The notes below the pieces were generated by a model, which worked only from the letters and a program-made list of their open reading frames with translations, ran no database searches and had not been told where the DNA came from. From the sequence record DRR723986_3513: DNA of 44,907 bases. One strand, given 5' to 3'. Positions 18,801 to 26,705 of the stretch are shown piece after piece. Numbering within the stretch: position 1 is the first letter of the stretch; every line of letters begins with the position of its first letter. The position numbers and the translations under genes are program-made.

Positions 18801-18983
18801 CCGAGTTTCGTCGGCCGGTCCATGGCACAGGAAGCACTTGTCGGAAAGTAGGGGCCGGATTTGTGTGCCAAAGTCGATCGGGTCAGCCGCACGACTTACC
18901 GACGCAATGCCCGCGTGTGCAAAGCACGCAAGAGCAAGGACTAGTTTTTTCAACGAGCTTGAGCAATGTGACTGGTGGGGCAT
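15831..18983 (-). CDS. Planctomycete cytochrome c / DUF1549 / DUF1553 (PSCyt1-PSCyt2-PSD1) protein
   Basis: Signal peptide, CFLCH and CAQCH heme motifs, HWAF, NPIDSF, FGERWARWWLDAARYADSDG, VNRIWQAYFGQGLV, HPELLDWLA, TPMQAL. Confidence 0.93.
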   Translation of the reverse strand: MPHQSHCSSSLKKLVLALACFAHAGIASVSRAADPIDFGTQIRPLLSDKCFLCHGPADETRATDLRLDSRDAAVDGGAIDASAWEDSELLQRLLSTDEDYQMPPPDSGKSLDTQEIETVRQWLSEGAPYAEHWAFVPPVRPQPPAATDLQESDWVKNPIDSFVLAHNESRGQTQSGRATRAELARRLHLDLIGLPPPPEQLDTFLSDDSPKAYQHLVDRLLDSPHFGERWARWWLDAARYADSDGYEKDKPRSVWFYRDWVIAAINQNMPYDEFIIKQVAGDLIDGADQDSRVATGFLRNSMVNEEGGADPEQFRVEAMFDRIDAVGKAILGVTTQCAQCHTHKYDPLSQHEYYQMFAALNDFHEASIACFTPEQAQQRDRVLDEIDDVFNDFGRENPDWQKSLNAWVAESQEQLLRWETIRIDEVPFEGQKFRQLDDGSIVSESYAPTKATNVFKGQFDLNGATAFRIDVLKHPQLPRGGPGRSIYGTGALSEFELHYAPVSAPEKKTKIELVAAVSDVNPAKSKLPAIYRDRDPEKDNRVTGHAAYAIDGDTKTAWSTDLGPGRRNVNRHIVFKFKQPILLTEDAIVHVTLKQNHGGWNSDDNQNYLLGRYRFSVTRQAVDALHKSESISSDVQELLWSNKANTAPFRDALLAQWLAAESSFEEYSQRIETAWSKYPETDTQLVVESREPRESFVFVRGDFLSKGDRVEPGTPAFLNQADSTSLVTDDTPARLQFARWLVRDDSPTTSRVIVNRIWQAYFGQGLVATPEDFGLQSSPPVHPELLDWLAVELVESGWNLKHIHQLIVNSATYQQSSKATTTAYQEDPQNTHLARGSRFRLDAELVRDSVLSISGLLREEIGGPSVYPPAPEFLYQPPASYGPKIWATNTDGQQYRRSMYVHQYRSVPYPTMQVFDAPKGDAACIRRERSNTPMQALVALNEPQFVDAAIAMSAPLAIASDAPDRKKLQRAFRRATCRKPTASEVETLLALLNAQRDRLGSGELQATKILGLSEQEESGKALDSAAQNERAAWALVCRVILNLDEVITRQ

Positions 18984-18998
18984 CGTCTATTCAGGCAG

Positions 18999-20381
18999 TT
19001 AAAGCGTTTTGATACGAATGTTGCGGTATTCTAGCTGGCCGCGATCACCTTCTAAGCCGATTGGCCCAGAGGCGGGGATCTTGAATGCTTCTTCCAGAAC
19101 TTCACCGTTACAGGTGCAGCGTGCTGAGTTGCCCGTGACGACAACGGTAATTGAATTCCAGTCGCCCTGACGGTAATTCTTGAGCTGTTTGTAAGGGCCG
19201 GCAACAGCGTAATCGCGACATTGCAACTGTTTGCCTCGGAGGAAAACGCCGCTGTCAGCATTGGGCGTTGCGCGGAATTCCAAACGGAGTTCAAAATCGT
19301 CCGCGTATTCGTCTTGCGTCCAAAGTTGTTGGATTCGGCGACCTTCAGTTGGAGTGGTTACGACCAGGCGTCCGTTGATCGCGCGGTAGCGGCCATCGGG
19401 CGTTGAAGTCTTTCCGTCCAGGTTGATGTGCTCGGTCATCACCGGCCAAGGTGGTGCATTGGGATTGCCCTTCTTCCATCTGGCGTACTGAGCCTTTTCG
19501 GCTTCCGTAGTTGGGCGAATGCACCATCCCGAAAGATCTTTCTGGTTGAATAGGCTGACGAAACCATCTTCTAGCTCGAACTGCTGTGGCTCTGTTTCGG
19601 TAATTTGCAAAGTGGCGAAAACAGAGTTCAACGCAGCAGCCCACTTGGAATAGCCGGCGGCGTTGGGGTGAAGCAAATCTGGGAACTCCTCCTTCTTCGC
19701 ATCGCCGTTGTTGTTGGCGAACAACGAATAAGTGTCAACAACCGTGACTGTTGTGTTTCCTTTTACGGCGGCTCGGTACAGTTCGTTGATTTCCTGGATC
19801 GACTTCGCGGGCCGCTTCTTCGATTCGGAGCTCGGGAAGACGTCGCATACAACGATTGGTAGTTCAGGATTGTGCTCGTTGAGTCGTTTGATGATCTCGG
19901 CGAAATTGCTGGCAATCTGCACAGGCGTTGCGCCTTCTTCCAGGTCGTTGGTTCCCATTAGCATCACGACGCACCCAGGTTTTAGACTCAGGACGTCGTC
20001 GGATAGACGAAGGAGCATACCGCGTGTCGTGTCGCCACTGATGCCACGATTGGCTTTCTGGAGATCGTCAAAGTGACCGTGATAGTTGGGCTCCCAGCCC
20101 TGCGTGATTGAATCACCAAAGAAGACCACAGCTCCAGTGTCCTGCTGGATCTGCTTGGCCCACTTGCTTCGACGATTTCTCCACAGGTTCTTGAACCAGT
20201 CATAGCGACGGATCGGACCAACACCAGGTAAGCCTTCATCAGTCGGCGGAATCGAGAACTGAGGCTCTGTTGGGGCATCCGTTTGTCGTTGGGCTTGCGC
20301 TGTTGCGGCCAGCGCACCGGTGCACAAAGTTAGTATGGTGAGAGCAGTGGCGATTGCTCGGCAGGTTTTGCGGTCGGACAT
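18999..20381 (-). CDS. Secreted GDSL/SGNH hydrolase fused to DUF1080 (3-keto-disaccharide hydrolase)
   Basis: SGNH blocks FFGDSIT, NRGISGD, GTND, DLLHP; DUF1080 motifs SLFNQKDLSGW, DSGVFLR, WN, GPIGLE, YRNIRIK. Confidence 0.9.
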   Translation of the reverse strand: MSDRKTCRAIATALTILTLCTGALAATAQAQRQTDAPTEPQFSIPPTDEGLPGVGPIRRYDWFKNLWRNRRSKWAKQIQQDTGAVVFFGDSITQGWEPNYHGHFDDLQKANRGISGDTTRGMLLRLSDDVLSLKPGCVVMLMGTNDLEEGATPVQIASNFAEIIKRLNEHNPELPIVVCDVFPSSESKKRPAKSIQEINELYRAAVKGNTTVTVVDTYSLFANNNGDAKKEEFPDLLHPNAAGYSKWAAALNSVFATLQITETEPQQFELEDGFVSLFNQKDLSGWCIRPTTEAEKAQYARWKKGNPNAPPWPVMTEHINLDGKTSTPDGRYRAINGRLVVTTPTEGRRIQQLWTQDEYADDFELRLEFRATPNADSGVFLRGKQLQCRDYAVAGPYKQLKNYRQGDWNSITVVVTGNSARCTCNGEVLEEAFKIPASGPIGLEGDRGQLEYRNIRIKTL

Positions 20382-20636
20382 CAGTAGGCTCTGGAGAAGG
20401 AATTCAGGAAGAGGTCGGCCCTGTTGGTGGGGACCAATATTCTAGTGGGAGCCAGCCAAGATTGCTGTACAGGAGCAAGTGAATTCTGAACAAGTCCCGA
20501 GAGATTGAGCTTGGGGATTGCTCGGACGAGACGCAACTCGGCCGTTTCTTTGCGGCCGCTAGATAGAAAGCCCTACTGGCGACCCGATGCAGATGCTTCG
20601 TAGCAAGTCGCGACCGGCCGCCAGACTGCTTCGTTT

Positions 20637-21968
20637 TTACTGGTGTCGCAAGGCTTCAATTGGATTCATGCACGCGGCTTTCCGAGCGGGATAGACCCCA
20701 AAGATTACGCCCGTCAGTACCGAGATTCCAAACGCGACCAAGACGCTCCAAGTGCTGGTGATTGTCGGGATGTCAGCAAAGTGCGTCACTGCCATTGGGA
20801 TCGAAATGCCAAGCACGATGCCGACCAGTCCACCAGTGGTGCTCAGGACGACAGTCTCAATTAAGAATTGTCGAATGATGTCGCTGCGTTTCGCTCCGAT
20901 CGCGCGGCGGATGCCGATCTCGCGAGTTCGTTCGGTGACCGTTGCGAGCATGATGTTCATGATGCCGATCCCGCCGACTAGAAGTGAGATGCCAGCGATG
21001 GAGCCGAGCACGATATTCCAGATCTTCTTTTCGTGTTCTGCCTGTTGAAGTAACTCCAAGGGTACGATCACCTCGTACTCACGTCGGCTTTTGTGTTTCG
21101 TTTCGAGCAGCTTTCGAACCATCTCCGCAGTCTGCGGAACAAGGTCTTCGGAGGCCACCGAGATCGCAATCTCGCTCAACTGGTTCCGCTCGTAAGATCG
21201 GCTTCCAGCGGTGACAATCCGTTGCCGTTCACCAAACCGGCTCCGCGCGGCAGTAATGGGGATGTAGATGTCTAGGTTCAGATTGTCGGCTTCCATCTGC
21301 CCTGGTCTAGCATTGCCAGAGCCTTGTTGCCGCAGAATGCCGACAACCGTGTAGGCTCCACTGCCGATCAAGAGCGGTTCGCCAATCGGGTCTTCAAAGC
21401 CGAACAGTCTCAGAGCCGCGCCCTGGCTCAGAACAACAACGTTCGCGAAACTCTCAAGGTCCTTATCAACCAGAAATCTCCCTCGATCAATCTCAATGCT
21501 CTTTACATCAAGGAACTCCGGGGTCGTGCCCAGGACACGAGCGTTATCGATGCGGCGACCGCCGTGATTGGTGTTCTTGCGAACCAACGCTATTGGTACG
21601 ATGTTGTCGACCAGCGACTCACCGCCAATTTGGTTCGATTCCAGGCCTTCGAGCATTCGGAGGTCTTCGTACTTGAGGCCGTACGCGAGTTCGAGGGATC
21701 GGTTGGAGCCCGATGAGCCTGACGAAGATGAGTTGTTGCTGTCAGACTGTGACGACTTGCTTGAGCCGGGGCGGACGCTGCGGACCATAACGTTGGTGGC
21801 GCCAAGTTGCCGGATCTGATCAACGGCAGCCTTCTTGCTGCCTTCGCCGACGCTTAGCATCGCAATCACGCTGGCGACGCCAAGGATCGTTCCAAGTACC
21901 GTCAGAAAGCTGCGAAGCTTATGCAGGAGCAGATTGCGGACAGCCAGTTTGCAGGTTGCGATCCACAC
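20637..21968 (-). CDS. MacB/FtsX-type ABC permease (no fused ATPase)
   Basis: [19 protein letters not shown] and [36 protein letters not shown] 21968 is preferred because GGAGG lies upstream. Confidence 0.92.
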   Translation of the reverse strand: MWIATCKLAVRNLLLHKLRSFLTVLGTILGVASVIAMLSVGEGSKKAAVDQIRQLGATNVMVRSVRPGSSKSSQSDSNNSSSSGSSGSNRSLELAYGLKYEDLRMLEGLESNQIGGESLVDNIVPIALVRKNTNHGGRRIDNARVLGTTPEFLDVKSIEIDRGRFLVDKDLESFANVVVLSQGAALRLFGFEDPIGEPLLIGSGAYTVVGILRQQGSGNARPGQMEADNLNLDIYIPITAARSRFGERQRIVTAGSRSYERNQLSEIAISVASEDLVPQTAEMVRKLLETKHKSRREYEVIVPLELLQQAEHEKKIWNIVLGSIAGISLLVGGIGIMNIMLATVTERTREIGIRRAIGAKRSDIIRQFLIETVVLSTTGGLVGIVLGISIPMAVTHFADIPTITSTWSVLVAFGISVLTGVIFGVYPARKAACMNPIEALRHQ

Positions 21969-22064
21969 TAGTGCACCTCCTTGTGTCGAGTGTGACAATG
22001 CATCCTGCTGTCAGCCCCGGTCAATACTCGCGAGAATTCAGAATGGCTAGTTCGTACAGGCAGC

Positions 22065-23726
22065 CTACTTCAGGCTAGCAATTTCACTGCCACTCTCAGC
22101 AACCAAGTCCGGGATTTCGCTGTCTTTGGTGGCAACTTCCGTTTCCGGTTGCTTGTCGTCGATCAAGGTACCTGGGTTCAGGATGACTTCATCACCAACG
22201 TCAACGCCGTCAACGACAGATACGTAGCGGTCGTTGCTTAGTCCAAGTTCTACCTTACGTCGTTGAATCTGACCGCCGTTGTCAACGAACAGCCAGTTTT
22301 CGCCACTTCGCTGCACGACGGCTTGAACCGGAACGGCAGTCGCGTCGGCCAAGTAGTCAATCTTGATGTCGCAAACGGCCGTCATGCCGGGCTTGAGCTG
22401 GTAGACTTCTTCGTTGATTTCAACAACCGTGGAGTAGGTTTTGGTGTCGCTGTAAGAGCTGTTTTCGGGAAGTACGGCGACGCTCTTTACAGTGCCCTGG
22501 TATTCACGATCCGGGAATGCATCAACGGACACAGCAACTTGCAGGCCGGGTTCAATGCGATCAAGAACAGACTCGTGCACCCGCGTCTTGACTTGCATGC
22601 TCTTCAAGTTTGGAATGGACAGAATGTGCTGGCGAGGTCGAACAGGAATGCCTTCTGCAATTTCTGTGTCACGGGAGCTGCGTGGAGTCGCGTAGGCTAC
22701 CATGCCATCTTGCGGAGCAAAGATCTTGCATTTCTGCAATTGGGCTTGGTAGCGGGCGAGGCGTTCCTCTTCCTTGTTGAGTTGTTCAGTTCGGCTGGTG
22801 AAGATTCCCTTCATTTGAGCCATCTTCGCCGCGTTGGTAAGCTGAGCTTGCTTGAGAGCTTGTTTGCTGGTTTCAAGATTGCCCATCAGTTGAAGCTCTT
22901 GCATCTCGCGATCGAACTTCTGAAGCTTCTCGCTGTTAGCAAGCTGAGTCTTCATCTTGTTCAGCTTGGCCGCGTAGTCCCCCTGGGCTTGCAGGTGGCT
23001 GAGCTCTGATCGGTCCAGTTCGCTCTTTCCTGCGTAACCGAGCTTAAACAGGCTCTCGATACCCTTCTTCTCATTCTCGCGGAGTTTGAGGTTCATCCGT
23101 GCGGTCATGATTTCATTGTTCAGGTCGTCAATCTGTCGATTGATCAGCTCAAGTTCAAGTTGGTGTGATCCAACCTTGGCGTCCTGGAACATTTCAAGCT
23201 CGAGTGTCGCTAGCTTCACCGCTAGCTCCGCTTTGTACTCGGCGGTCGCGTTTTGGATCTCTTGGTTGTCCAAGTTAGCCTTTGCCTGAACGTGAGCGCT
23301 GCGAGCTTCCTCGGTATCAAGAATCTGCTCGTCAAGCTCGGCGCGAATGGCTGACGAATCCAGCTCGCAAATCAGATCACCCTCTTTGACCGATGCTCCG
23401 TTTTCAATGATCCAGACGATCGGAGTTCCGTTGATGCCGTCGCTTCGCACATCGTCTACTTCGCAGTAGATCGAAATGTTCGTTTGGCTTTCCAGACTAC
23501 CTCGCTCGAGCACCGTGATTGGAACGTCGCGTGGTTCGACTTCGTATGTCAGGAAGTTGTTGCCGCTTGAGCTATTGCCGCTGCTGAAAAGTCCGGCTGA
23601 AAAAGCCCAAAAGCCTGCCGCCCCTAGGATGCCAGCACCAACAAGCCACTTCGAGAGATTTTTCATTGCTGGACTGAAACGCATACCGGACGAATCTAGA
23701 CTGCTGCCGTTGGCAATCGTGCTCAT
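22065..23726 (-). CDS. Efflux periplasmic adaptor (MacA/HlyD-like) with a long coiled coil
   Basis: N-terminal TM, lipoyl half-motifs VKEGDLICELD and IFAPQDGMV, LKPGMTA, VPVQAV. ATG 23726 has an AAGGA RBS. Confidence 0.88.
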   Translation of the reverse strand: MSTIANGSSLDSSGMRFSPAMKNLSKWLVGAGILGAAGFWAFSAGLFSSGNSSSGNNFLTYEVEPRDVPITVLERGSLESQTNISIYCEVDDVRSDGINGTPIVWIIENGASVKEGDLICELDSSAIRAELDEQILDTEEARSAHVQAKANLDNQEIQNATAEYKAELAVKLATLELEMFQDAKVGSHQLELELINRQIDDLNNEIMTARMNLKLRENEKKGIESLFKLGYAGKSELDRSELSHLQAQGDYAAKLNKMKTQLANSEKLQKFDREMQELQLMGNLETSKQALKQAQLTNAAKMAQMKGIFTSRTEQLNKEEERLARYQAQLQKCKIFAPQDGMVAYATPRSSRDTEIAEGIPVRPRQHILSIPNLKSMQVKTRVHESVLDRIEPGLQVAVSVDAFPDREYQGTVKSVAVLPENSSYSDTKTYSTVVEINEEVYQLKPGMTAVCDIKIDYLADATAVPVQAVVQRSGENWLFVDNGGQIQRRKVELGLSNDRYVSVVDGVDVGDEVILNPGTLIDDKQPETEVATKDSEIPDLVAESGSEIASLK

Positions 23727-24034
23727 ACTGTATTTCCTTGGCAGTTGAAGCAATTCGACGAAAGCTATCAACAAAGAAGAACGGTCGACCGCGTTGTGCA
23801 AGGACGCCCGTCTAGTAGGTGGGATGTTTGCCAACGAACAGGTCCGCCCGCTGGGAAGGTGGGGCACTCAGTATAGTGTCCACGCCCGTCAAACGCCATC
23901 GACAATTCCGCGTTGATATCGCCAGACTAGGCCACAGAAACCGACTAAACCCCCGCCTTCCCCCTGCAAGTAGGGTGGCTGTGTGGGTTTTGCGGGTTGT
24001 CACAAACGGGCAAAGGCTGCCGGGATCGGTTTGT

Positions 24035-24601
24035 CTAGGGATCCATGGCTCTTTTGAGCCAGGCGCGGGCATAGGCCCAGTTTCGCTTCGCCGTGCGTTC
24101 GGATACGCCCAATATCTCTGCGGCTTGGACGTTAGTCAGGCCTGTGAAATAGCGCAGTTCGACCAGCTTTGCCAGGTCTCGATCATGGTCGGCGAGCTTC
24201 GTAAGGGCCTCGTCTAGAGCCAGTAGCGAATCTGCGTCGTCGCTTGGAGCGATGCAATTCTCATCGTTCAGTTCGGCTCGCTGCATTCCTCCACCCCGCT
24301 TCTGGGCGTTTCGGCGTCGCGCGTTCTCGATCAAGATCCGTCGCATTGCCTCTGCGGCAGCCGCAAAGAAGTGTCCGCGTCCGTCCCACTGCCCCTCCGA
24401 GGCCGTTTCGTTTCCGATCAGTCGCAGGAACGCCTCGTGGACAAGCGCGGTCGGTTGCAGTGTGTGATCTGCTTTCTCGTGGTGCATTTTTCGTTGCGCC
24501 AGACGACGCAGTTCATCGTACACCAGCGGCAGCAGTTGCTCCGCAGCCTGCGGGTCTCCGTGTTCGATGAGCGATAGGATACGAGTGACTTCGTTGTTCA
24601 T
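24035..24601 (-). CDS. ECF sigma factor, TIGR02999 family
   Basis: EVTRIL, LLPLVYDELRRLA, TLQPTALVHEAFLRL, FFAAAAEAMRRIL, KRGG, VELRYF, WAYARAWL. Confidence 0.95.
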   Translation of the reverse strand: MNNEVTRILSLIEHGDPQAAEQLLPLVYDELRRLAQRKMHHEKADHTLQPTALVHEAFLRLIGNETASEGQWDGRGHFFAAAAEAMRRILIENARRRNAQKRGGGMQRAELNDENCIAPSDDADSLLALDEALTKLADHDRDLAKLVELRYFTGLTNVQAAEILGVSERTAKRNWAYARAWLKRAMDP

Positions 24602-24724
24602 ACCGCAATCATATCACACATTGATTTTCAGCAGCATACGTGCCTTTCCGAGTCGCGTTGGTCGATACAAGGATGTCCGCGTCATTCGGTGTGGCACATT
24701 GAAAAGGGCCTGGGCAGCGAGGAT

Positions 24725-25666
24725 CTACAGGATTTCTTTGTCGGGGTCCTTGCCTTGTTGCTCAAGCCAGGTGCGGTCCTTGAGAGCTTCTTCTTCGTTT
24801 CCGAGCGCTTCGTGAATCTTCATGCGGTGGTAGTACAACGCCTGGCGCGTTTCGGAGGCGTTCTCGAAGTTCTTTTCCTCGTCGCTCAGGTTGCTACTCT
24901 TTTTTGATTCGTCCGTATCCGAAGTAGGTGCCGCGGACTCGGATTCGGTCTGTTGTTCGTCATCGTCCTTCTCCGCCTTGCCCGATGGTTTGTCTCGCTT
25001 GCGAGAACGCGAGAGTACATCGGAGAGGTGTGTTAGCCAATCTTCGGCCAAAGCGATTGACTTGTTTACATCGACCAATGCCTCTTCGTTTCTGCCGAGT
25101 TTATGAAGTACCCAAGCACGGGTATCAAGAAACGCGGTGAGTTGACTTTCGTCTGTTGCTGTCAAGCTGGATAACGCCTGCTCAATATCGACCAACGCTT
25201 CGTCCAGTTCGTACGATGCAAGTGCACGAAAATAAGCCAGTTGATTCAAGTAAGCCACATACGCCCTGCTCTTCAGGTTTCTGCGGACCGGATACTGTTT
25301 GAGGGTTTCAACCGCTTCAACGCGGTGATTAGAATCCAAGAGAAGTTGTGAGAAGACATTCGCGGTTTCTGCCAGGCCAGCGATTTGTTTGGAAGCCTCG
25401 CGGAATGTTTCTGGAAAGTCTTCTGGGTGATCCTCAAGAGCCGCGCGAAGGCGGACTTCAACTGCACCGATTCGGATCTCAGTTGAGTCGCTCCATTGTT
25501 GAGCTTTCTCGATCAGCGCCTCCGGATCGCCCTCGTCGAGCGCGATCGCATTGCGAGCAGATGCGAGATACCACCTCGCAATCTCCTTAGGAAACTCATT
25601 GAATGCCAGAGGTCCAACAACCAGGCCAATGTAGAAGAGAACGGTGAGCCAGGTGAGCAATCGCAT
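24725..25666 (-). CDS. Membrane-anchored TPR-like protein
   Basis: N-terminal hydrophobic helix; YLNQLAYFRAL and FLDTRAWVLHKLGRNEEAL TPR-like repeats; acidic low-complexity insert. Confidence 0.7.
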   Translation of the reverse strand: MRLLTWLTVLFYIGLVVGPLAFNEFPKEIARWYLASARNAIALDEGDPEALIEKAQQWSDSTEIRIGAVEVRLRAALEDHPEDFPETFREASKQIAGLAETANVFSQLLLDSNHRVEAVETLKQYPVRRNLKSRAYVAYLNQLAYFRALASYELDEALVDIEQALSSLTATDESQLTAFLDTRAWVLHKLGRNEEALVDVNKSIALAEDWLTHLSDVLSRSRKRDKPSGKAEKDDDEQQTESESAAPTSDTDESKKSSNLSDEEKNFENASETRQALYYHRMKIHEALGNEEEALKDRTWLEQQGKDPDKEIL

Positions 25667-26008
25667 TTTCAGGCCCGGAGAGTCAGATGTCGTGAATTAA
25701 AGGTCATCAAGTGTGCAATTGTAGAATATGGCACTCGTGGAAGTCGGTCTGTTTCGTGCAATTCCAGCCAAACCCGCTCCAAATGGCAGCGAGTTCAGAT
25801 ATGCTGGACAGTACATTGAAGCATTACTGGGGTTCAAGATCAGCGGAAGCAGAAATGTCCCCAAGATGAACCTGTCGACCGGCAGCTATTATGTCGGAGC
25901 GGCGGCTTGCGACAACCTGCTAACATCCCTCTCCGCTCGGCCAGCACTCTGTGCCGGGGCAAAAGTTAACAAGCAATTGGTCACGCCCGCGCGTGGAGAA
26001 TAGTACAG

Positions 26009-26332
26009 ATGCCTTTATACGAAATAGAAACGAATTCACATATCATCATCACTTGGGCGGACGACGAAGCGGCTGCTCGGGAAGTCGTTTTGGATGCGTA
26101 CCCCAGTGACGAAGTGCGTCGGCTGACCCGGCGTCCTCGAGATACTTGGGTCATCTCCAAAGGCGTGTTGGGGCTTGGCACACGCATGGACATTTGCTCA
26201 ATCGCTCGTGATTGCTTAGCAAAATCCTCGGGAGACAAAGTTCACGCCATTCGCCTTTATATGCACGAGACCGGCAGCGACTTAGAGAAGGCCCGCAAGG
26301 TCATCGAAAGCAATATGGTCATGGGTTGGTAG
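26009..26332 (+). CDS. Conserved planctomycete small protein (DUF6793-like)
   Basis: MPLYEIETNSHIIITWA...RPRDTWVISK...ARDCL...KVHAIRLYM...IESNM, with a GGAG RBS upstream. The family name is from recall. Confidence 0.75.
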   Translation: MPLYEIETNSHIIITWADDEAAAREVVLDAYPSDEVRRLTRRPRDTWVISKGVLGLGTRMDICSIARDCLAKSSGDKVHAIRLYMHETGSDLEKARKVIESNMVMGW

Positions 26333-26353
26333 TAGTGCAGGCAGCCTGACTGC

Positions 26354-26414
26354 AACCGGCGCAGCCGCCTCTTCCCAAACCGGCGCAGCCGCTACTTTCC
26401 AAACCGGCGCAGCC
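26354..26414. repeat. Tandem repeat with 24-bp period, 3 copies
   Basis: AACCGGCGCAGCC at 26354, 26378 and 26402, separated by similar 11-nt linkers. Confidence 0.9.
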
Positions 26415-26494
26415 AGCACCATCTCAATCTCAACAACCGCCCATGGCGTCCCGGCTCAGCCACCTTCCAGCCATTGGCCCAATTGGCAGCAACT

Positions 26495-26517
26495 GTAGCA
26501 CGGTGGTCTCCACCGCG
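26495..26517 (+). repeat. Second GTAG-type REP-like hairpin
   Basis: GTAG-CACGGTGG-TCT-CCACCGCG (8-bp stem, 1 mismatch); single copy in this window. Confidence 0.45.
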
Positions 26518-26705
26518 ATCAATAGCCGGTCCGTCGAGCTGTCGGTATAACCGGCAGTTGCACCGCTTTGCCTAGATTTTTTGCAGGCAAGCTGCCTGCA
26601 CTACGACGCCGCAACGTCGAGTGTTTTGCATGCAGGGCTGCCTGCACTGCGACACTGCGGCGATCGAGAATCAGGGCTTGCACCGGTTGAGGCTTTCGGC
26701 TCAGT

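Larger units (their letters stand above)
26332..26604. repeat. REPIN-like element: inverted pair of GTAG-type REP hairpins
   Basis: GTAG-TGCAGGCA-GCC-TGACTGCA-A at 26332-26355 (+) and GTAG-TGCAGGCA-GCT-TGCCTGCA-A at 26604-26581 (-). A degenerate third copy lies at 26631-26650. Confidence 0.7.

Noticed and set aside
22263-23009. 248-aa plus-strand ORF
   Set aside because: Antisense shadow of the efflux adaptor gene.
26354-26414. Possible mini-CRISPR array
   Set aside because: The repeat core is only 13 bp, the 11-nt linkers resemble each other, and there are no cas genes. It is a tandem repeat.
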